Below are positions 56,701 to 64,000 of a stretch of DNA of 64,000 nt, piece after piece. The notes under the pieces are model-generated. The model did no database searches and was not told the DNA's origin. It saw only the letters and a list, made by a program, of their open reading frames with translations. The position numbers and the translations under genes are program-made. This DNA comes from Patescibacteria group bacterium (GTDB lineage Bacteria > Patescibacteriota > UBA1384 > CAJBMM01): assembly GCA_041660565.1 (NCBI GenBank), contig JBAZWC010000001.1, positions 174,481 to 238,480 on the forward strand, read 5' to 3'. Every line of letters starts with the position of its first letter. Position 1 is the first letter of the stretch.

Positions 56701-57396
56701 TTCGGAATTGAGGTACTCAATACCGGCAACAGCTGCTTGGATTTGAGCTAACTGTTTAGAGTTCCCCTGGCCGGTACCAATTTGTTTATCGTTTAGGTAT
56801 ACACCAACTGTAAATATTTTTTGATGGTCTGGCCCTTGTTCGTCTAGCACCTTATAGTTTGGCGTAATGCCGTGTTTTTCTTGGGTGATTTCTTGCAGCT
56901 GACTTTTAGGATCAATGTGCTGGCCGCTTTGTAAAATTGTATCTAAATGCACTAAGACGAATTTGGCAATAAACTGTTTGATCGGTTCGTACCCCCCATC
57001 TAAGAACATCGCCCCAATTAAAGCCTCAAAAGCGTTAGCTAAAATTAGTTGTTTGGCTTTTCCACCGCTTTTTGCCTCACCATGGCTTAAATACATCAAA
57101 TCGCCAAAACCGATATTTTCGGAAATTTCGGCTAAGTGCTGACCACGAACCAGCGCCGAACGCCAGTTGGTTAGTTCGCCTTCCGGTTTGTTATATTTTA
57201 AATATAAATATTCGGTAACCACTAATTCCAAAACGGCATCACCCAAAAATTCAAGCCGCTCGTTGTTCTCCAAACCCAACTGTCTATTTTCATTTAATGC
57301 TGAGCGGTGAATAAAAACACGCTGCAATAAATTGCGGTCACTAAAAGTGTAACCAATTTGAGTTTCTAGGGCATCAAAATTACGTTCTGGGAGCAT
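56686..57396 (-). CDS. rnc: Ribonuclease III
   Basis: ERLEFLGDAVLELVVTEYLY signature, C-terminal dsRBD. Confidence 0.85.
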   Translation of the reverse strand: MLPERNFDALETQIGYTFSDRNLLQRVFIHRSALNENRQLGLENNERLEFLGDAVLELVVTEYLYLKYNKPEGELTNWRSALVRGQHLAEISENIGFGDLMYLSHGEAKSGGKAKQLILANAFEALIGAMFLDGGYEPIKQFIAKFVLVHLDTILQSGQHIDPKSQLQEITQEKHGITPNYKVLDEQGPDHQKIFTVGVYLNDKQIGTGQGNSKQLAQIQAAVAGIEYLNSENSKH

Positions 57397-57400
57397 GATA

Positions 57401-57910
57401 TTACCTTATTTCATCATCGGGCATAACGTGGGCGGTTATTGGTAGTGGATCTGGCTCAACTTCGGAGTCAATAGTTTTAAGAATTTCTTCAACTTCCGGT
57501 TCTTTTGGAATGTCGCTTGAGCGATATAATGTGCCAAGTACTCCATTAATAAATTTGCTTGAATTATCGGACCCGAACGATTTTGCCAATTCAACCGCTT
57601 CGTTAATAACCACTTTTGCCGGCACCGAACGATCGATTATTAGTTCGTATGTCGCAAGGCGCAAAATGGTTTTGTCGATAACCGCAACCTGGTCAAGTGG
57701 CCAGTCTGGAGCGGATTTTTGGATCAAATCATCAATCTTCTCGATATTTGCCACAATCCCATTAACCATTGGTACAATATATTCTTTGTCGGTAATAGCA
57801 TCAAATTGGCTGATGTTTCTTAAAGCGACTTGTTCAATATCTTGGTCGCGACGAAAATCCCATTCGTATACAGATTGCATTACGATGGTTCGGGATAAAT
57901 GTCGATTCAT
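57401..57910 (-). CDS. nusB: Transcription antitermination factor NusB
   Basis: NusB helical fold pattern (RTIVMQSVYEWDF..LDQVAVIDKTILRLATYEL). Confidence 0.75.
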   Translation of the reverse strand: MNRHLSRTIVMQSVYEWDFRRDQDIEQVALRNISQFDAITDKEYIVPMVNGIVANIEKIDDLIQKSAPDWPLDQVAVIDKTILRLATYELIIDRSVPAKVVINEAVELAKSFGSDNSSKFINGVLGTLYRSSDIPKEPEVEEILKTIDSEVEPDPLPITAHVMPDDEIR

Positions 57911-57930
57911 TTCAAGCCCCTTAAGGTAAT

Positions 57931-58152
57931 TTATTTATCTGTTTTAGGTGCGGTTTCAGTGGCGGCCGGGGTGGCTTCAACTTTCGCTACTACCTGTTTG
58001 CCGCGATATTGACCACAATTTTCGCAAACAGCATGAGATTGTCTAGGCGCGTGACAGTTTGGGCAAAACATTACTGTAGGCAGAGTTGCACTTAGCTGGC
58101 TGCGTCTGGTGCCTGAGCGCATGTGCGACATTCGTTTTTTTGGCATTGCCAT
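57931..58152 (-). CDS. rpmF: 50S ribosomal protein L32
   Basis: MAMPKKRMSHMRSGTRRSQ L32 N-terminus, C-terminal CxxC..CxxC zinc ribbon. Confidence 0.8.
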   Translation of the reverse strand: MAMPKKRMSHMRSGTRRSQLSATLPTVMFCPNCHAPRQSHAVCENCGQYRGKQVVAKVEATPAATETAPKTDK

Positions 58153-58194
58153 GGTGTTATTCCTTTTCTTCTATATTACATGATTTTGGTTATT

Positions 58195-58683
58195 TTAGCT
58201 AGTTTTGTGAGTGTGATTTGGGTTGCTATTTAGGTCTATGCCGCATTCGGGGCAAAGTCCGCGGCAATCTGTTTTACATACTGGATATTCAGTCAGATCC
58301 AAGGCGGTTGTATCAATGATAGCTTGTGTTAGGTTAATAGTATCATCGCTATGAATTTGATAATTTAGGTCATCGTTATTGCGGCTATATTCATATTGAT
58401 CCGATGAGTCAATTTTTTGTTCAATCTCTTTTTGACATTTGATACAAACAGTTTGATAACTTGTCGTTGTTGCTAATGAAAGATCGAGCACTGGATAATT
58501 ATTCGTCCACTCGAGGTTGACACCAATTGGGCCAATTAAATCCAATCCAACCAATTTCGAACCAATTAATTGGTTGATCTCAATCTGATCAGCCGCACTC
58601 TCACCCTTTGGCAAGCGAGTAAACTGGTTGATGTGATAATGTTCTAATGATTGTTTTACCATAATACCGATATTATAACACAA
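58195..58683 (-). CDS. YceD/DUF177-family protein
   Basis: Located upstream of rpmF as in many bacteria. C-terminal CKTDCRGLCPECG cysteines. Confidence 0.65.
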   Translation of the reverse strand: MCYNIGIMVKQSLEHYHINQFTRLPKGESAADQIEINQLIGSKLVGLDLIGPIGVNLEWTNNYPVLDLSLATTTSYQTVCIKCQKEIEQKIDSSDQYEYSRNNDDLNYQIHSDDTINLTQAIIDTTALDLTEYPVCKTDCRGLCPECGIDLNSNPNHTHKTS

Positions 58684-58718
58684 AATATTCTATTATTACA
58701 ATAGTAACTCAAAAAATA

Positions 58719-58747
58719 TAGACAAGAGTATAATAATCATATATAAT
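58719..58747 (+). promoter_or_regulatory. Promoter TAGACA-17-TATAAT
   Basis: tagacaagagtataataatcatatataat, then an agggag SD. Confidence 0.45.
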
Positions 58748-58787
58748 ATCATCAGCATTTCACGGCTACGTCTCAAGGGAGAAATGA

Positions 58788-59564
58788 GTGCGACAATACA
58801 TCGAAGTGGTTGGGATTTCGTCCGTCGAAGAGGCGCACTGCGTTGTGGAGCATTATCACAACGCACGACCAATTGGTTCGGAGATTATTCTGAGGCTTGG
58901 AATAGTGGCAAAACCTAACTTGGTTGGTGTCCAGCGAGACGAGCAGATCACCCATGCCGTCTGCAACCAGTGCTTGTGTTGGTCCGATGTTGACGTGTGC
59001 ATGCACTGGTACGATCAAACCGGGGCGCCTACCGACCTGATGGCAGTCGTTACCGGTACGTACGCGGTTGCAGGGTTCAACCTCAGTCATTTGCAACTCG
59101 ACATACCTGAACTTCCTGACCCGGGTTTGCTAGGTACTGCGGTTCACGCGACGCGCAGCAATGGCTTACGGGTGGTGCTGTCACTTGGCTGTAATCAGCT
59201 GTTAGACAATGGGTACGACAGCGATGAGCCCGACTACGGCCCGTTGATAGAACGTCTGTCTGAATATGCGACCGATGGTTATGTTGACCAGCTAGTGATA
59301 AAGCCCGGGTGGCTCGGAAACAAAGTAAACCTACGTTTACTGATACAGGCTGTTCGGGAGCTATATCCACGGTGGGGTGTCACCATATTCGACGGGCTTG
59401 TATTACCGACCGCGATAGGTGAGGTCAGAGAGCTTGCCATGGAGTTCGGCGGTGTCTCTGTCTCCGCGCACCATCAGCTGTTTGCCTGTCCGGGAGGCCC
59501 GGAGCTGTCAGAAACGCGGGTATTGTGCTTTATCCAGGAGGGGTTGCGTGTTCTGGGCACCTAG
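58788..59564 (+). CDS. GC-rich TrpF-like TIM-barrel paralog (258 aa), related to the 53674-54510 product
   Basis: IEVVGISSVEEAH N-terminus. KPGWLGNKVN and FDGLVLPTAIGEV align with the PSGGCG and VAGGLCAE blocks of the other cassette protein. Confidence 0.45.
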   Translation: MRQYIEVVGISSVEEAHCVVEHYHNARPIGSEIILRLGIVAKPNLVGVQRDEQITHAVCNQCLCWSDVDVCMHWYDQTGAPTDLMAVVTGTYAVAGFNLSHLQLDIPELPDPGLLGTAVHATRSNGLRVVLSLGCNQLLDNGYDSDEPDYGPLIERLSEYATDGYVDQLVIKPGWLGNKVNLRLLIQAVRELYPRWGVTIFDGLVLPTAIGEVRELAMEFGGVSVSAHHQLFACPGGPELSETRVLCFIQEGLRVLGT

Positions 59565-59579
59565 TCGTTACGTCCAATT

Positions 59580-59608
59580 CGCCGCGAGGATTCTACTCGC
59601 GGCGTTTT
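59580..59608 (+). terminator. Rho-independent terminator
   Basis: cgccgcgag-gattcta-ctcgcggcg 9-bp stem followed by tttt. Confidence 0.6.
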
Positions 59609-59638
59609 AAGTATCTATATATGTGATAAAATTAAAGT

Positions 59639-60403
59639 ATGAAAAAAATACTTGTAATTGTTATTGCCGTAGCTGGGATAGTTTTGGGTGCTTTGTATTA
59701 CCTAAATTCTAGAAAAACGCCAACTGCGCCGGTTGCAACTGCAACTCCAACAGTTATTCCGTCTGCAAGTGTTACTCCATCCACTACGTCAACTCCGACT
59801 CCAACCCCAACCTCGGCATCCACTCCAACCGCAACCCCAAGTAAAGTCAGCTCGATCAAATTAGATGTGCCGTTTATTAGTCAGGCGCCATTGTTGGTTT
59901 GGGATGCACTTCACGAGGATGCTTGTGAAGAAGCTAGTTTAATTATGGTGCTACATTATTTAGATAAAACAAAAATATCCAGCGCAAATGCCGCAGAAGA
60001 CGAAATACAAAGTATGATAAAGTATGAAGAATCGGTTGGGCTTGAGAAAAGTATTACCATTTCTCAACTAGCAGACGTGGCCAAGCACTATGGGATAACT
60101 AATACCAAAGTCAAAGAAGACGCAACTGCGGCAGATTTGAAAAATGAGTTGACACAAAATCACGTTGTAATTTTACCGGCAGCTGGCAGAGAGTTACACA
60201 ATCCACACTTCACCGCCCCGGGGCCTATCTATCATATGCTGGTGTTAACCGGATTTGACCAAACCGGTTTTATCACCAACGACCCAGGGACAAAATACGG
60301 TGAAGACTATCGGTACACTTTTGATGTACTGATAAACGCTATTCATGATTGGGACCCGGCAGATATTGAAAACGGGGCAAAGAACTATTTAATTTTTGAA
60401 TAA
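59639..60403 (+). CDS. Secreted/membrane-anchored C39-like peptidase domain protein with Thr/Pro-rich linker
   Basis: N-terminal TM helix. FISQAPLLVWDALHEDACEEASLIMVLHY resembles the peptidase_C39-like Q..C region. Confidence 0.4.
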   Translation: MKKILVIVIAVAGIVLGALYYLNSRKTPTAPVATATPTVIPSASVTPSTTSTPTPTPTSASTPTATPSKVSSIKLDVPFISQAPLLVWDALHEDACEEASLIMVLHYLDKTKISSANAAEDEIQSMIKYEESVGLEKSITISQLADVAKHYGITNTKVKEDATAADLKNELTQNHVVILPAAGRELHNPHFTAPGPIYHMLVLTGFDQTGFITNDPGTKYGEDYRYTFDVLINAIHDWDPADIENGAKNYLIFE

Positions 60404-60530
60404 GTAAGATACAACGACTTTAGCCTTAGGAGTGCTTGGAGGCATAGATCTTTGAACAAATGTCTTACTTTGTATGACAAAAAATTAGAACAAAGATTGT
60501 ATTATTATTTTTTGTTGCAATAATCAAGGT

Positions 60531-61124
60531 ATGAATGCTAAAATTTTCGATAATTTGGCAAAAATAATATCGATTGTTTTTAGTCCGTACTTAATTAACA
60601 TGTTTGCGCCAATAATATTGATCTTATTTGTGAACGGCCAAAATATGTCGTCAATTTTTTATATTGAGTTATGGTACCTATTTGATGTAGCATTACCAGG
60701 ATTATATATTGTTAGAATCCAGGGCAGAAAGTTCATTTCAGATTTGCATATTCAAAACAAAGACAACCGCTTGTTGCCAATGTTAATGATAGTACTGTGT
60801 TCCGCTTTACTGGTGATTATATACCAGTATATTGATGCTCCAAAATTGATAATTATTTCAGCGTTTGTGTTTTTCGTTAATACCATCGTCATTTTATCTA
60901 TAACTATTTTCTGGAAAATCAGTATTCATATTGCTGCATACTCCGGAATTATCTCTATATTGGGATTAGTGATATCCGGACAGGCTTTTTGGCTTATGTT
61001 ATTAATCCCACTCATAATCTGGGCACGAGTACGGCGCAAAAGACACACGGTCTGGCAAGGAATTTGGGGTGGTTTTGTGCCGTTCGTAATTACATATCTT
61101 ATACTACTGGTAGTTTCGCCGTAA
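60531..61124 (+). CDS. Polytopic membrane protein, hypothetical
   Basis: Five or six hydrophobic helices. Confidence 0.4.
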   Translation: MNAKIFDNLAKIISIVFSPYLINMFAPIILILFVNGQNMSSIFYIELWYLFDVALPGLYIVRIQGRKFISDLHIQNKDNRLLPMLMIVLCSALLVIIYQYIDAPKLIIISAFVFFVNTIVILSITIFWKISIHIAAYSGIISILGLVISGQAFWLMLLIPLIIWARVRRKRHTVWQGIWGGFVPFVITYLILLVVSP

Positions 61125-61126
61125 AA

Positions 61127-63613
61127 TTATTTGGTAACAATATTTACCAGTTTATCCGGAACATAAATCACTTTTAATATTCCTTGGTTTAGCAACGGCG
61201 AAATTTTACTATCTTGTTTTGCCGCCGTAACAACTTCTGTTTCAGAAGTATGAATAGGTATGATAATCTTTGATCTTACTTTGCCATTAACTTGCACTAC
61301 AATGGTGACATTTTCATCAATTGCTAGTTTTGGATCAATTTTTGGCCAACTGGTATTAAATATTGATGTATCGTGTCCGATTTTTTGCCATAACTCTTCG
61401 ACCAAATGCGGCGCGAATGGCGCGAGTAGCTGTAATAAATATTCATATTGGGTGACGTTGATGGTTTTTAGGGTAGATAAATGGTTGGCAAATATCATTA
61501 GTTGAGAAATGGCGGTGTTGAACTGCATTTTTTCAATATCGCTTGTAACTTTAATAACGGACTTAGCGGTAATCAAATCAATTTGCTCTGAACCCTTGTC
61601 TTCTAGGAGTTCCGACAGGGATGCTGCTTTATACAAGAACCGCGATGACCCTTGGAGGCCTTGAATATCAAACGAGCACATTTCGTTCCAGCTGCCAATA
61701 AACATCATGTAAACTCTTAGCGCGTCTGCGCCAAACTTGGTAATTACATCGTCCGGGCTAACTACATTCCCTTTGGATTTGCTCATTTTTTCAACTTCAA
61801 CCGTTAATACTTCACTGGTCGATTTATGGAATGCCATTTCACCATCTACTACCACATCCGAAATATGAACGTATCGTCCGGCGGAATCTTTGTAGGCGTT
61901 TGCCAAAACTATTCCAACTGATTCCAACCGTTGAAATGGTTCAGATGTGGGCACCAACTTTTGGTCAAACAAAAACTTATGCCAGAATCGCGCGTAAAGC
62001 AAGTGTAAAACCGCATGTTCGGCGCCGCCCAAATAACAGTCAACAGGCAACCATTCTTTTAATAACGCTTGGCTAGCAAACTCAGCTTTATTTTGAGGGT
62101 CGATAAATCGCAAATAATACCAACACGAACCGGCCCACTGTGGCATGGTGTTAGTTTCGCGCTTAGCTGCCCCGCCACACTTGGGGCATTTTACATTTAC
62201 CCAATCAGAAATTGCAGCTAGCGGTGATTCACCGGTACCGGTTGGTTCGTACTTTTCAACCTCAGGTAATTTTACCGGCAGGTCTGCATCTGGCACCGGT
62301 ACCGCGCCACATTTATCACAGTGAATAATGGGAATGGGTTCGCCCCAGTATCGCTGGCGTGAAAATACCCAGTCTCTTAATTTGTATTGAGTTTTTAGTT
62401 CGGCTAGATGATTTTGGCTCAATTTCGCCACAATTTTCTTAGTTGCATCGTTAACAGTTAGACCATTGAACTCGCCTGAATTTTCTAATACACCGTCGCC
62501 AACGTATGGCAATTGTCCTTCACTATCTTTTGATTTTATTACCGAGATAATTGGTAGTTGATGTTTCTGAGCAAATGCATAGTCCCGTTCGTCGTGTGCC
62601 GGCACGGCCATAATGGCGCCGGTGCCGTAATGTGGCAAAACATAGTTGGCAATCCATATTGGAATTTTGGCATCGTTAACCGGATTTATAGCGTAAGTAC
62701 CGCTAAAAACGCCGGTTTTGGGCTTATCCACTGCAATGCGCTCAAACTCACTTATTTCGGCTGTATCCTTAATGTACCGCTCAACCTCAGCGCGCTGGTC
62801 TGGGCTGACTACTGAGCCAACCAGAGGGTGTTCTGGGGCAAGAACGACGTAGGTGGCACCAAACAAGGTGTCTAGACGGGTGGTGAATACTTCGGCCATC
62901 TGATTAGATTTTTCGAGTCTAAATTTGATTGTAGCGCCGTTAGATTTGCCAATCCAGTTTCGCTGCATTGTTATGATATGTTCCGGCCAATCTAATTGAT
63001 CTAAATCTGCTAATAATCGATCAGCATAGGCAGTAATTTTTAGCATCCACTGGCGCATATTGCGTTTTTCAACCAAAGTGCCGCAACGCTCGCATTTGCC
63101 GTTAATCACCTCTTCGTTTGCCAAACCGGTTTTGTCTTTGGGGCACCAATTAATTGGAACATCGGCTTCATAAGCCAAACCCGCCTTATACAGTTGGATA
63201 AATATCCACTGAGTCCATTTGTAATATTCCGGGTTGGTGGTATTGATTTCACGGTCCCAGTTATAGCCAAAACCTAACTCGGACATTTGACGCTTGATAT
63301 TAGAGATGTTTTTTGAGGTTGAAACGGTTGGATGAACCGAGTGCTTGATTGCGTAATTTTCAGCGGGCAGGCCAAATGCGTCCCATCCGGTTGGATGCAG
63401 CACCGAGTGACCATTCATCATTAAATATTTTGACAACACATCTGACGCGGTATAAATTCGCACGTGCCCAATATGCATGCCGTCTCCGGAAGGATACGGA
63501 AACATATCTAATACATATTTTTTACTTTTAGACGAAGTTGGGGCGTTAAATTGCTTGGAGTCAGCCCATATCTTTTGCCATTTATGATCAAGTTGCGGAA
63601 AGTCGTATTTCAT
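61127..63613 (-). CDS. leuS: Leucyl-tRNA synthetase
   Basis: HIGH (MHIGHVR) and KMSKS motifs, 828 aa. Confidence 0.9.
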   Translation of the reverse strand: MKYDFPQLDHKWQKIWADSKQFNAPTSSKSKKYVLDMFPYPSGDGMHIGHVRIYTASDVLSKYLMMNGHSVLHPTGWDAFGLPAENYAIKHSVHPTVSTSKNISNIKRQMSELGFGYNWDREINTTNPEYYKWTQWIFIQLYKAGLAYEADVPINWCPKDKTGLANEEVINGKCERCGTLVEKRNMRQWMLKITAYADRLLADLDQLDWPEHIITMQRNWIGKSNGATIKFRLEKSNQMAEVFTTRLDTLFGATYVVLAPEHPLVGSVVSPDQRAEVERYIKDTAEISEFERIAVDKPKTGVFSGTYAINPVNDAKIPIWIANYVLPHYGTGAIMAVPAHDERDYAFAQKHQLPIISVIKSKDSEGQLPYVGDGVLENSGEFNGLTVNDATKKIVAKLSQNHLAELKTQYKLRDWVFSRQRYWGEPIPIIHCDKCGAVPVPDADLPVKLPEVEKYEPTGTGESPLAAISDWVNVKCPKCGGAAKRETNTMPQWAGSCWYYLRFIDPQNKAEFASQALLKEWLPVDCYLGGAEHAVLHLLYARFWHKFLFDQKLVPTSEPFQRLESVGIVLANAYKDSAGRYVHISDVVVDGEMAFHKSTSEVLTVEVEKMSKSKGNVVSPDDVITKFGADALRVYMMFIGSWNEMCSFDIQGLQGSSRFLYKAASLSELLEDKGSEQIDLITAKSVIKVTSDIEKMQFNTAISQLMIFANHLSTLKTINVTQYEYLLQLLAPFAPHLVEELWQKIGHDTSIFNTSWPKIDPKLAIDENVTIVVQVNGKVRSKIIIPIHTSETEVVTAAKQDSKISPLLNQGILKVIYVPDKLVNIVTK

Positions 63614-63645
63614 AAGTTAACATTAGCATAAATATCATGAGCGGT

Positions 63646-63710
63646 GTAGGGGAGGACCCGTGTGTCCTCCCGCGGGCGGACATGTGAGTCCGCCCCTACG
63701 ATGCTCGTAA
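63646..63710. repeat. GC-rich tandem-hairpin repeat, copy c
   Basis: gtaggggaggacccgtgtgtcctcccgcgggcggacatgtgagtccgcccctacgatgctcgtaa. The outer gtagggg/cccctac arms enclose two hairpins. Confidence 0.5.
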
Positions 63711-63763
63711 TGTACAATGTTGATATGGACTTTTGCCGTCATTTAAGTTACATTTTAATCAAG

Positions 63764-64000
63764 ATGAATCAAACCGATAGCTCAATTTATTCAAAAACTG
63801 GTAAGGGGCCAGATTTGATATTGCTTCATGGTTGGCGCAATGATCGATCAATTTTTGATAATATTGTCCCAGAGCTTGCCAAGAACTTCACTTGCTGGAC
63901 TATTGATTTGCCCGGTTTCGGCAGTAACCCTCGCCCAAAAACCAGTTGGGATATTAAACAATACGCTAACTACGTTAATCGCTTTATTGACGAGCATAAC
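63764..64000 (+). CDS. Alpha/beta-hydrolase fold protein, 3'-truncated at window end
   Basis: LILLHGWRNDRS..LPGFGSNP pattern typical of an alpha/beta hydrolase N-terminus. Runs off the window. Confidence 0.5.
   Translation, partial: MNQTDSSIYSKTGKGPDLILLHGWRNDRSIFDNIVPELAKNFTCWTIDLPGFGSNPRPKTSWDIKQYANYVNRFIDEHN

Overview
This window is an AT-rich, gene-dense bacterial chromosome segment with CPR/Patescibacteria-like housekeeping content, possibly Saccharibacteria-like. Most host genes run on the minus strand: secD/secF, gmk, a cell-envelope glycosyltransferase and deacetylase cluster, a UvrD-family helicase-nuclease fusion, trxA, ftsZ/ftsA, dgkA, ybeY, rpsU, eno, lexA, clpC, nusA, mreB, rsgA, tRNA-Leu(CAA), two tandem gpmI paralogs, a SIS-type PGI/PMI, rnc, nusB, rpmF and leuS. 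The 5' edge is a partial VirD4/TraG-like T4SS ATPase. The background is punctuated by at least 11 compact GC-rich cassettes. Each has an AT-rich promoter close to the sigma70 consensus (several exact TTGACA-17-TATAAT), a strong GGAGG-type SD and usually its own hairpin terminator. The cassettes encode a retron-type reverse transcriptase with a structured upstream non-coding region, an orphan ECF sigma factor, two pairs of paralogous unknown proteins, two paralogous TrpF-like TIM-barrel proteins, a small transmembrane-peptide operon, and a three-gene operon under a palindromic operator. One cassette is flanked by about 30-bp direct repeats of the gpmI 3' end, an integration signature. Other repeats: GIY-YIG elements with perfect 32-bp TIRs (two full, several solo or miniature copies), a 125-157 bp MITE family, a GC-rich tandem-hairpin repeat (3 copies), 9-bp periodic CCAAT arrays upstream of five minus-strand genes, and GTGCTTCGA-type intergenic repeats. 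No rRNA genes or CRISPR arrays are present. All coordinates were derived by hand and may be off by a few bp for non-coding features.
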